A stretch of DNA of 64,000 nt. Origin: a virus. Under the pieces are notes generated by a model, which did not search any database, was not told the DNA's origin, and worked only from the letters and a program-made list of their open reading frames with translations. The stretch is taken from the IMG/VR virus record IMGVR_UViG_3300045538_000426, positions 32,001-96,000 of that record, one strand, 5' to 3'. The position numbers and the translations under genes are program-made. This document shows positions 1 through 8,531 of the stretch, piece by piece (within the stretch, counting starts at the first letter, position 1; the number at the start of each line of letters is the position of its first letter).

Positions 1-490
1 TAATGAAACAAAGATGCTCCATCTCAACAAACTGGCAAACAACAGTCGGTTTTGTTTGATACGTGATAACATAACGGTGAGAAATGCTGCCAGTATGTGT
101 CTAAAACAACTCCGTATAGAAGGCGCTCTTGATTGGAAGAAGAGATACGGCGACGAGTTAATTTTATTAGAGACATTTGTTCAACCTGACCGTGACGAGG
201 AATTGGATGGTCAGAAAAGCAGAAATGGGTGTTGTTATAGAAGCGACAATTGGATTCCGGTGGGAATGACCTCCGGTGCAAGCATACAAAAATCCCCACT
301 CCTTCTATGGGCTAAGGAAAAAGGAGAACGAGGTCGACTTGCGAGAGAGGATAAGGCCGAGTGTCTGAGAATCTACGGAAAGTATTTGGGAGAACACAAT
401 GGAAGTGGATATAAAGTCACTGAGAGTAAGAAAAAAATTGTGTTTGTTAAACCATTGGTTCATAATTGGAAAACCATAATATCAAAATGA
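1..490 (+). CDS. DUF4338 (Druantia DruA-like / Mom-like GNAT-related) protein, 5'-truncated by the window edge
   Basis: Motifs LLETFV..G..YRSDNWIPVGMTSG and KKKIVFVKPL are typical of the DUF4338 C-terminal part. The frame is open from base 2 (NETK-M), so the gene starts upstream. Confidence 0.7.
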   Translation, partial: NETKMLHLNKLANNSRFCLIRDNITVRNAASMCLKQLRIEGALDWKKRYGDELILLETFVQPDRDEELDGQKSRNGCCYRSDNWIPVGMTSGASIQKSPLLLWAKEKGERGRLAREDKAECLRIYGKYLGEHNGSGYKVTESKKKIVFVKPLVHNWKTIISK

Positions 491-1815
491 ATGAATTTTT
501 CGAATACGCTTCGCCTGAAATAGAATGTAAGTATAGAATACTTGTTTGGCCAAACATAACCTATTCGGAGGATTTGGAAAAGGATTCATATGTCGTCGTG
601 TTATCTAATGTGATACGGGAGGTAAATAAAATCGTTCCGGGTGTATTCTGGACGATTGTTACACCGAAGGAAGTCAACAGTCTCAAGTTTCAAAATACTG
701 AACAGATTATTTACGACTTTCCAACGTATCCAAATTCCATGAGAATCCACTTCGATTTCCGAAAGGTAATGAATCTCATAGATTGGAAAAGAAACGACTA
801 TGATATAGTTTACAGTCATTTACCGGAACATACTCTCCAGTTATCGAACCTGTTCAATAACCAAACCAATATACGTCCGAAGTTCATAGGATATTGTCAT
901 TGGTATGAAGTCGAGGAAAATACCGCTTATCTCAAGAATGTATTTATGAACAATATCGCCGGAACACTTGAGATGCAAGAGTGTGGGGTGAATTCTAAAT
1001 GGCTTAAATCTTTGGTATTAGAGAGGGCTGCCAAGTATTACTCAAAAAATGTCTTGGAAGATTTGGAGAAGATAATACAACCTCATTATCTTGGGACAGA
1101 TGCTGACGTGGGAGATAACACAAACATCGTCCAGAAGTCTATTTTATTTAATCACAGACCCAATCAGTATACAGGTTGGAACGAATTCCTATCGACTATG
1201 GACAACCTGTATAAAGTAAGACAGGATTTCACTGTATATGTCACGTTGGCTGAAGAGGAACGACCATATATAAAGAAGGTGTGTCTCGATAGGAAGGGAT
1301 ATTCTAACTTTCTGAAACAGATGCAAGTCGGCGTCGGATTCTTTAAAAGTTACAGTGCGTGGTCAATTTCCGCCACGGACGGTATGAGCCGCGGGCTCCC
1401 GTATTTGTTGCCAAAGAAGTTGTGCTATCCCGAAATGGTCGGTGACGATTATCCTCTATTTTTTAGCAATACAGACCAGTTTTTAATAAAGTTGGAGAAA
1501 GCACTTGATAACCCGGATTTCAGAAAAGACAATTCCGAGAGTTTATTGAAAGTGGTAAATAATTTGACGTGGGAAAATACCGTTCCAAAGTGGTTCAACA
1601 AGTGGAATGTATTTGAATTCGACAAATTAACAAAAGACACCCCGCGGTATAACGATATATTGGAATTGATAAAAACTAAGGGTACTGTTTCCAAGGAAAC
1701 TCTCATGGACTTTTTGGGGTGGGGAGTCAATATTTCCATGTCACCTTATAGAAATAGACTTAGGGATGAAACGGGAATTACATTCTTGAAAAATACCTAC
1801 CAATATAAGAATTGA
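487..1815 (+). CDS. GT-B (group 1/GT4-like) glycosyltransferase with a basic, helix-turn-helix-like C-terminal extension
   Basis: YSHLPEH, ILFNHRPNQYTGW and SAWSISATDGMSRGLPYLLP fit GT-B. ATG at 487 overlaps the upstream stop (ATGA); the ORF track starts at 466. Confidence 0.75.
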   Translation: MNEFFEYASPEIECKYRILVWPNITYSEDLEKDSYVVVLSNVIREVNKIVPGVFWTIVTPKEVNSLKFQNTEQIIYDFPTYPNSMRIHFDFRKVMNLIDWKRNDYDIVYSHLPEHTLQLSNLFNNQTNIRPKFIGYCHWYEVEENTAYLKNVFMNNIAGTLEMQECGVNSKWLKSLVLERAAKYYSKNVLEDLEKIIQPHYLGTDADVGDNTNIVQKSILFNHRPNQYTGWNEFLSTMDNLYKVRQDFTVYVTLAEEERPYIKKVCLDRKGYSNFLKQMQVGVGFFKSYSAWSISATDGMSRGLPYLLPKKLCYPEMVGDDYPLFFSNTDQFLIKLEKALDNPDFRKDNSESLLKVVNNLTWENTVPKWFNKWNVFEFDKLTKDTPRYNDILELIKTKGTVSKETLMDFLGWGVNISMSPYRNRLRDETGITFLKNTYQYKN

Positions 1816-1816
1816 G

Positions 1817-1854
1817 TTCTAATGTTTTCTAATTTTTTCTAATATCGTTCTCAT
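1817..1854 (+). repeat. Helically phased direct repeats TTCTAAT x3 plus TTCTCAT (candidate operator)
   Basis: Copies start at 1817, 1827, 1837 and 1848, directly upstream of an RHH-like gene. Confidence 0.6.
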
Positions 1855-1865
1855 ATGTATGGGAA

Positions 1866-2045
1866 ATGGTTGATGAAAAAGATAACACCTCGATCCAAAT
1901 CTCGGTAAGAATACGTGATTTGCTTCGGGATTTTTGCGATGAACGCGGATTCAAAATGAGCCGGTTTGTCGAAATCGCTATCCTACAATCAATCTCAGGA
2001 AGTTATTCAGTACAAAATTATGAAAATGACAAAAGCACAAGCTGA
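1866..2045 (+). CDS. Ribbon-helix-helix DNA-binding protein (59 aa, below the ORF-track cutoff)
   Basis: Manual translation MVDEKDNTSIQISVRIRDLLRDFCDERGFKMSRFVEIAILQSI... shows the alternating beta strand followed by two helices of CopG/Arc-type proteins. Confidence 0.65.
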   Translation: MVDEKDNTSIQISVRIRDLLRDFCDERGFKMSRFVEIAILQSISGSYSVQNYENDKSTS

Positions 2046-2208
2046 AGCAAAGGTCTACACCCTCACCGAATCTCTATTAGCAACGAAGCGAGACCAGAAG
2101 GATGTAAATGCGGGATATAAGGAAAAAATCAAGGATGTGGAATCTGAGATAAAGGCGATTATAGAAGACTACAATTCCGCCGGTTCCGTGCCTGCTACGA
2201 CGGTCTAA
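2020..2208 (+). CDS. Small coiled-coil hypothetical protein
   Basis: MKMTKAQAEAKVYTLTESLLATKRDQKDVNAGYKEKIKDVESEIKAII; ATG at 2020 is the likely start. Confidence 0.55.
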   Translation: MKMTKAQAEAKVYTLTESLLATKRDQKDVNAGYKEKIKDVESEIKAIIEDYNSAGSVPATTV

Positions 2209-2229
2209 TCAAACCTACGAACAAGTTGT

Positions 2230-2772
2230 ATGGAAAAGAAAAAGATATTGTTGGCAAGTGATGATCTTAGGATGTTCAGTGGAGTTGCCTGTCAGTCAAG
2301 GGAACTTGTCATAAATACACTACATCATTACGACTGGGTTCAGATCGCGGGCTCAATTAAACATCCGGAGGCAGGAAAGGTGGTTGATATGTGTCAAGCC
2401 GCCAGAGAACAATCGGGCGTGAAAGATGCTTATCTAAAGTTGTATCCGGCAGATGGTTACGGTAACGAAGATATGCTGCTTTCTATCATGGATATTGAGA
2501 AGCCGGATGCAATTATGCATTTTACCGACCCTCGTTTTTGGGGATGGTTGTATCAAATCGAAAGAAAGATCCGACAAACCATTCCGCTTACGTATCTCAA
2601 TATTTGGGATGATATTCCATATCCAATGTGGAATCGTCCGTTTTATGAGAGCTGTGATGCTCTTTTTAGTATCAGCAAACAGACGATGAACATTAACAAG
2701 TGGGTTCTCGGTCCGGAAAATTGCACGAGTGTCGGTGGAGATTATGACAGCGACGGTAATGTTATCATATGA
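2230..2772 (+). CDS. GT4 glycosyltransferase, N-terminal (acceptor) domain of a split gene
   Basis: KKKILLASDD..SGVA..S, EKPDAIMHFTDPRFW and YESCDALFSISKQT form a GT-B N-terminal Rossmann domain only. Confidence 0.75.
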   Translation: MEKKKILLASDDLRMFSGVACQSRELVINTLHHYDWVQIAGSIKHPEAGKVVDMCQAAREQSGVKDAYLKLYPADGYGNEDMLLSIMDIEKPDAIMHFTDPRFWGWLYQIERKIRQTIPLTYLNIWDDIPYPMWNRPFYESCDALFSISKQTMNINKWVLGPENCTSVGGDYDSDGNVII

Positions 2773-2841
2773 CACTCACGCCCGATGAACAGGAAAAGGT
2801 CGTTGTGGACGAATTAATAAATTTTAACTAGATAAAAACAT

Positions 2842-3831
2842 ATGCCAGTAAAAGGAAAACACCTACTTCACTACGTCCCACATGGGATCAACTCCACTGT
2901 ATTTAAACCAGTCGACGCTACGTCGCCCGAACTCGTCAAGTTTCGTAAGAACTTATTTAAAAACGGAGAATATGATTTCGTATTCTTCTATAACAGCCGC
3001 AACATCAATCGCAAGCGGACAGCGAACATCATGTTGGCGTTTCGAACATTCTGTGATAATTTGCCCAAAGAGAAGTCATCCAAGTGCATTCTCGTTCTTC
3101 ACACTGAGAAAATCCTCGACGCTGGAACGGATTTGAACGCAGTTGGAGAAGCGTTTCTACAGGGACTTAACTATCTTGTATTGGAGAGTAGATATTCTCC
3201 GGAAGAAATGAATCTTCTTTACAATCTATCCGATGTTACGGTCAATGTGAGTTCAAACGAGGGATTTGGATTGAGCGTCGCTGAATCAATCGTATCAGGA
3301 ACCCCCGTCATTGTAAATGTTACTGGTGGATTACAAGACCAGATAGGCCAGTTGGATGACGATGGAAAGCCGGTGGAATTTTCACGAGATTTTGGTTCAA
3401 ACAATGTTAAAAAATATACGAAACATGGTATCTGGGCTAAGCCGGTTTGGCCCGTGACTCGCGTCATTCAAGGTTCACCGCCGACTCCTTATATATTCGA
3501 CGATTTGTGTAAGTGGGAAGATGTAGCCGAGGCTATGATGTATTGGTATGTTCTCGGTAAAGAAAAGTGTGAATCGTGTGGAGCCGAGGGTCGCAGGTGG
3601 GCTCTAAATGAGGGCGGGTTGAATCATAAGAATCTCGCCGAACAGTTCATAAAGGCTATGGATTTCACCTTGGAGAACTTCACTCCACGGTCTAGGTTCA
3701 GCCTCCACGGAGACACTGAATATGTTGGGAATAGGATGCCGCAAAACAGTATGGGGTTTGATATTCCAAAGATAGATGTGGAAAAAATGAGGAGTGAAAT
3801 AGTTCACGTCAATCAAACAAACTCTCTATAA
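2842..3831 (+). CDS. GT4 glycosyltransferase, C-terminal (donor-binding) domain of a split gene
   Basis: YVPHGIN, RNINRKR and SSNEGFGLSVAESIVSGTPVIVNVTGGLQDQ (E-X7-E motif). Confidence 0.85.
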   Translation: MPVKGKHLLHYVPHGINSTVFKPVDATSPELVKFRKNLFKNGEYDFVFFYNSRNINRKRTANIMLAFRTFCDNLPKEKSSKCILVLHTEKILDAGTDLNAVGEAFLQGLNYLVLESRYSPEEMNLLYNLSDVTVNVSSNEGFGLSVAESIVSGTPVIVNVTGGLQDQIGQLDDDGKPVEFSRDFGSNNVKKYTKHGIWAKPVWPVTRVIQGSPPTPYIFDDLCKWEDVAEAMMYWYVLGKEKCESCGAEGRRWALNEGGLNHKNLAEQFIKAMDFTLENFTPRSRFSLHGDTEYVGNRMPQNSMGFDIPKIDVEKMRSEIVHVNQTNSL

Positions 3832-3870
3832 TAGATTGATTAGTTGGATGTGATGTGAGAATATACCGAT

Positions 3871-4560
3871 ATGGAAATACAACTTCTAAAGAACGAATAT
3901 TTTGACGATGATTCTAAGTTGCCTAAACATGCCACGGAACGGGCAACCGGTTTCGACATAAAAGCAATCTCCGATCCGGAAATCATAGGAACGAAAGCCG
4001 CAACTTCTGACACTCTCTGGGATTCCATAGATTACATTCAGTATCGGACTGGAATTTTCATAGCAACTCAAGACGAACGGAAATACGATGCTATGTCTTG
4101 TGTTTCAATAAAATCATACGACGTATTGATATGCCCAAGGTCATCTGTGTCAAAATACAATTTGACCTTGGCAAACTCGGTGGGATTGATAGACGCTGAT
4201 TATAGGGGAGAAATTCTTCTTCGATTCAAGTATAACTGGCAGCCAATGGATTTTATTTACGTTCCGACAGCGGACGGCAACGTCACTGCTATAAGTTCGA
4301 GAATCGTTGGAAAACCTAATTTAGACAAGATTTACAAAAAAGGAGATGCCATAGGACAATTGAAAATCACGGTTAACGAACCGGTGAAGTTCAAATTGGT
4401 AGATCAGTTGGATGTCACCGAGCGGAATGATGGTGGATTTGGAAGTACCGATGTCCGTGTAACCTTACCGTCGGTCATAACCGACCTATATCAAAAAGAC
4501 AACATTTCACCGACGCCCAAGAAATACATAGATTTGATTAAAGAAAGAGATTCTAAATAA
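3871..4560 (+). CDS. dut: Trimeric dUTPase
   Basis: ATGFDI, PRSS, NSVGLIDADYRGEI and ERNDGGFGST motifs. Confidence 0.92.
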   Translation: MEIQLLKNEYFDDDSKLPKHATERATGFDIKAISDPEIIGTKAATSDTLWDSIDYIQYRTGIFIATQDERKYDAMSCVSIKSYDVLICPRSSVSKYNLTLANSVGLIDADYRGEILLRFKYNWQPMDFIYVPTADGNVTAISSRIVGKPNLDKIYKKGDAIGQLKITVNEPVKFKLVDQLDVTERNDGGFGSTDVRVTLPSVITDLYQKDNISPTPKKYIDLIKERDSK

Positions 4561-4561
4561 T

Positions 4562-5887
4562 ATGACAAAACCGGTTTGCATTCTACAGTCCCCATTATTC
4601 ACTCGCTCAGGCTACGGAGAGTGGTCAATGGCCATGGCAAAGTCGTTACTTCGTTATGATAAATTTGACTTGAAAATAGTCCCTACTCGATGGGGCGGCT
4701 GTCCGTCAAAGTCTTCCTTTAAAGATATCACCGACCCGATGGAACAGGAACTGTTCAACAGAATCCTCCGTCAACCGCTGGGAGCTCAACCGGATGTATT
4801 CATTCAGATGACCATTCCAAGTGAGTTTCAATCCCCCGCTAAGTTTAACATCGGAATGACTGCGGGAATAGAGACGACAGTTCCTCCCGGAGATTGGATC
4901 GAGGGAATGAATCGAATGTCCGTAAACTTCGTTCTGTCTGATTTCGTTAAGAAAGTTTTTTCACAAGCATCGTTTGTCAAACAACATCCAGATGGAAAGA
5001 AAGAAGATTTGAAACTGAGAAAGCCAATCGAGGTCGTTCGGTGGGGAGCTGATACTTCGATATACAAAAGAACGTCTGAAAAAAATGAAGCGGTTGATTT
5101 AGCATTGTCGGGAGTGAAAGAAAACTTCTGTTTCTTGTTCGTAGGTCAGTGGACTCATAGTAATGGGTTATATAGTGACCGTAAGGATATTGGAATGTTA
5201 ATCAAGACGTTCTGTGAGGCTTTCGCTGGCGTCAAAGATAAGCCAGCGCTGATTCTGAAGACAAGTGGTGTTTCTTTTTCAAATGTCGATAAAGCAGACT
5301 GTTTGAATCGGATTAATAAAATCAAACAGTCGGTTGGTGGGGATTTGCCTAACGTATATCTTCTCCACGGTGAGTTGAGTGATGTAGAGATGAATGCTCT
5401 GTTCAATCACGAGAAGGTAAAAACTCACATTAGCTTCACTCACGGTGAGGGATATGGACATCCACTATTGTTGGCCGGTCTAAGCGGTAAACCGGTAATG
5501 GCGTCGGATTGGAGTGGACATTTGGATTTCCTAAATTCTGAGAATTCATATCCAATCAAAGGTGAATTGAAACAAGTGAGGGGAGATTCCGCCAATCAGT
5601 GGATTATGAAGGAATCCGCTTGGTTTAACGTTAATTATGAAAAGGCAAAGGAGAAATTACGTGGAATGGTGACAAACTACGATTCTCTGACCGAGAAGTC
5701 TATTCTCGGATGTGTAGGACTGGCCGAGAAGTTTAGCACGTCAATGATAGACAAACAGTTTCATGGTATGCTTGATAAGTATGTCCCAGAGTTTCCGACC
5801 GAGCAGAAGATAGTTTTGCCTAAGTTGAAAAAATTGGAATTGCCGTCACTGAAGAAGGTAGAGCTTCCGACACTAAAGAAGGTATAA
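4562..5887 (+). CDS. GT4 glycosyltransferase with C-terminal LPxLKK repeats
   Basis: TRSGYGEWS, FLFVGQW..RKDIGMLIKTF and FTHGEGYGHPLLLAGLSGKPV. Confidence 0.85.
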   Translation: MTKPVCILQSPLFTRSGYGEWSMAMAKSLLRYDKFDLKIVPTRWGGCPSKSSFKDITDPMEQELFNRILRQPLGAQPDVFIQMTIPSEFQSPAKFNIGMTAGIETTVPPGDWIEGMNRMSVNFVLSDFVKKVFSQASFVKQHPDGKKEDLKLRKPIEVVRWGADTSIYKRTSEKNEAVDLALSGVKENFCFLFVGQWTHSNGLYSDRKDIGMLIKTFCEAFAGVKDKPALILKTSGVSFSNVDKADCLNRINKIKQSVGGDLPNVYLLHGELSDVEMNALFNHEKVKTHISFTHGEGYGHPLLLAGLSGKPVMASDWSGHLDFLNSENSYPIKGELKQVRGDSANQWIMKESAWFNVNYEKAKEKLRGMVTNYDSLTEKSILGCVGLAEKFSTSMIDKQFHGMLDKYVPEFPTEQKIVLPKLKKLELPSLKKVELPTLKKV

Positions 5888-6573
5888 TGTCAACCGTTCC
5901 AAAAATAAGCTATCTCGTTACTTGTAAAAATGAAGGAAAGCAACTTTCCGAATTGGTCGAGTATCTTGCAGAATTTTCGTTGCCAGTCCACGACGAAATA
6001 GTTATCATAGACGACTATTCCACCGAAGTACAGACGTGTAAATATTTGACCGATTGGGATTGGTTCGAAAAGGGAAACATAAACATCCATAAACATGAGT
6101 TAAACAAAAACTACTCTGAACACAAGAATTATGGAAAATCAAAATGTTCCGGTGATTGGATATTTCAAATAGACGCGGATGAGATGCCGGCTGAGACTCT
6201 CATGACTAACCTACATGAGATATTATCTTCCAATGAGAACGTAGAATTGTTTTGGGTTCCCCGTATAAATGTATTTAATGGTGTTACAGCGGAACATGCA
6301 GCGCAGTGGGGATGGGATATAAATAACCCTAACAAGTGGGTGAATTGGAACAGCGGAGATTACCAGGGAAGAATTTTCAAGAATCTCCCACATCTTCGAT
6401 GGGAACGCCCTCTTCACGAACGGATAGAGGGATATAAAGTTTCTTCCAAATTCCCAAAGGAAGAGGAATTCGCGTTAATTCATACCAAAACGATAGAAAA
6501 ACAAATCCAAACTAACATTAGATACAACACGGATTTCAGTGAGGCCATGAATAGAGGACATAAGATACCGTGA
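5887..6573 (+). CDS. GT2 glycosyltransferase
   Basis: ISYLVTCKNE, IVIIDDYST, WIFQIDADE and LHERIEG. Confidence 0.88.
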   Translation: MSTVPKISYLVTCKNEGKQLSELVEYLAEFSLPVHDEIVIIDDYSTEVQTCKYLTDWDWFEKGNINIHKHELNKNYSEHKNYGKSKCSGDWIFQIDADEMPAETLMTNLHEILSSNENVELFWVPRINVFNGVTAEHAAQWGWDINNPNKWVNWNSGDYQGRIFKNLPHLRWERPLHERIEGYKVSSKFPKEEEFALIHTKTIEKQIQTNIRYNTDFSEAMNRGHKIP

Positions 6574-7040
6574 ATGAGAAGCGAATTAAATACCTCCGTT
6601 ACATTCGGAATCACGTAGTATCCGTTCAAAAGAGTTTAAATTCATTTGCTTCTGAACTAATAGAACGTGGACGAATCCACGACGCATCGAAGTTTTCTGA
6701 CCCTGAATTATCGGGGTTCGCAGAAAATGTCGATAATGCATCTGACATCGTCTATGGAAGCGATGAACACAGTAAGAAGATGAATGAGATGCGGGTCATC
6801 ATCGACATTCATCATACAAATAATCGTCATCACCCCGAGCACTGGGGAGACGGTGTGAACGAAATGACTTTGTTGGATATACTTGAGATGCTTGCTGATT
6901 GGAAAACCGCATCAGCACAGTATAAAGACGGTGATTTGCTCAAATCCGTTGAGATAAATTGTAAGAAATATAAAGTAGACGACCAACTTAAACGGATTAT
7001 ACTTAACACGATAAGCGACCACATGAACGATTCCAAGTGA
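6570..7040 (+). CDS. DUF5662 family HD-like protein (copy 1)
   Basis: HDASKFSDPE, HH..NRHHPEHW and MTLLDILEMLADW; GTG start. Confidence 0.75.
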   Translation: MNEKRIKYLRYIRNHVVSVQKSLNSFASELIERGRIHDASKFSDPELSGFAENVDNASDIVYGSDEHSKKMNEMRVIIDIHHTNNRHHPEHWGDGVNEMTLLDILEMLADWKTASAQYKDGDLLKSVEINCKKYKVDDQLKRIILNTISDHMNDSK

Positions 7041-7783
7041 AAACTTTGATATATACAACAGCGGTAGATTCTGATACATCGAAGTTCAAAAATTCTTTGT
7101 ATAGCCAGTATTGTATATTGAGCTGGGAGAAGTGGTGTAATAAAAATGGAATCGACTTTCTTGTTATACGAGACAATGACCCTAGATATAAGTTTCCTGT
7201 ATGGAACAAGGATAGGATTTTCGAACTCGTTGGAAATACATATGAAAAGATAGGATATGTCGACTCCGATACAATTGTTAGGTGGGATTGTCCAAATCCA
7301 TTCGATTTGTATACTGACGAATTCTGTGGAGTGAAGGAGATAAGTTCATTGAGATGGATATATAACTCAATTTCAACTTACGGTCATTTCTATCCAAACG
7401 TAACACTTTCACTGGATGAATATATAAACAGCGGCGTGGTTTTCTTTACCAGAGATCATAAATATATTTATGATGAATTGATTGAATTGTATGTGAAGAA
7501 TCAATCTGAATTGGATACTATAAAAGGGGTCGGTAAGGTACAAACTCTCCTAAATCTTTCGCTTAAAAAGAACCGTGTCAAACAGAAGTATTTCGATGAT
7601 AGGTGGAACCTATTTTCCATTCATAAGAAAAACATGTTCGTTCATAACTGGCAATTAAATGAGGATAAGACTCCTTTCTTTGTAAAATACGCCTACGTCT
7701 GGCATTTCACTGGGTTTCCAATTGAAAGTCGGACTGATGTCATGAAGAATGTATGGGAGTCGGTAAAGCATCTATATGAATAA
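7037..7783 (+). CDS. GT-A fold glycosyltransferase (GT8-like)
   Basis: YVDSDTIV DxD motif, YINSGVVFF and VWHFTG. Confidence 0.75.
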   Translation: MKTLIYTTAVDSDTSKFKNSLYSQYCILSWEKWCNKNGIDFLVIRDNDPRYKFPVWNKDRIFELVGNTYEKIGYVDSDTIVRWDCPNPFDLYTDEFCGVKEISSLRWIYNSISTYGHFYPNVTLSLDEYINSGVVFFTRDHKYIYDELIELYVKNQSELDTIKGVGKVQTLLNLSLKKNRVKQKYFDDRWNLFSIHKKNMFVHNWQLNEDKTPFFVKYAYVWHFTGFPIESRTDVMKNVWESVKHLYE

Positions 7784-8531
7784 CATAGTATTCATCATAA
7801 ACGTGAAGAAGGATGGCCAATCGAAGCCAGAGTATGACTTTTCTATAAAGAGTTGGAAGCACTTTTGTCAGTCAAATGGACATGAATTGTTTGTCTTAGA
7901 CACCCCAATCGTAGAACAGTCGGAAATGGGAATCATCTGGCAGAGATACTTTCTGTTTGATTTGTTGGATCACAATCAGATAAAATACAATCAGATATTG
8001 ATAGTTGACGCTGACACCATAGTTCACCCGAATTGTCCGGACATATTTTCATTAACTGATAATAAATACACCCTCGTTCGGGATGACGGTGATTACGATT
8101 GGATTCTGCGGTCAATGGAAAACTACAGAAAGTTCATCTTTAAGGATGAACCGATGTTCGATTGGTGGACGTATTATAATAGTGGATTTCAAGTTGTGAA
8201 TGGAACTCACCGTAATTTTTTTGATACGATGCGTAACTTCTACATATCAAATAGAGAGGAAATAAAATGGTGTCAGAAAACTTTTGGAGTGGGAACTGAT
8301 CAGACCCCACTGAACTTTTTATTGCGACGGGAGAAGATTGAAATAAAGGAACTGTCATATAAATACAATTGTGTTTGTCTTAACAAGAAAGAGGTGTTAG
8401 ACTCCGACATGTTACATACAAAAGTAGCGAATGTAATGCATTTCAATGGGTTGCCGGATAAAGATAAGAGTGTGCCTTATTGGATGGAGACGACATATAA
8501 GAATCTGTATGAGAATAGGGATAATAGGTAG
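7776..8531 (+). CDS. GT-A fold glycosyltransferase (GT8-like), paralog of the upstream gene
   Basis: IVDADTIVHPNCPDIF, YYNSGFQV, DQTPLN and VMHFNG. Confidence 0.8.
   Translation: MNNIVFIINVKKDGQSKPEYDFSIKSWKHFCQSNGHELFVLDTPIVEQSEMGIIWQRYFLFDLLDHNQIKYNQILIVDADTIVHPNCPDIFSLTDNKYTLVRDDGDYDWILRSMENYRKFIFKDEPMFDWWTYYNSGFQVVNGTHRNFFDTMRNFYISNREEIKWCQKTFGVGTDQTPLNFLLRREKIEIKELSYKYNCVCLNKKEVLDSDMLHTKVANVMHFNGLPDKDKSVPYWMETTYKNLYENRDNR

Noticed and set aside
1-490. Complete Druantia defence system
   Set aside because: Only a partial DUF4338 gene is visible, and no DruE-like helicase or other Dru genes are adjacent in the window.
6570-7040. Z-genome (2-aminoadenine) pathway suggested by HD-like and MazG-like genes
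   Set aside because: There is no PurZ/adenylosuccinate synthetase homolog in the window, so this is unsupported unless one is found elsewhere.
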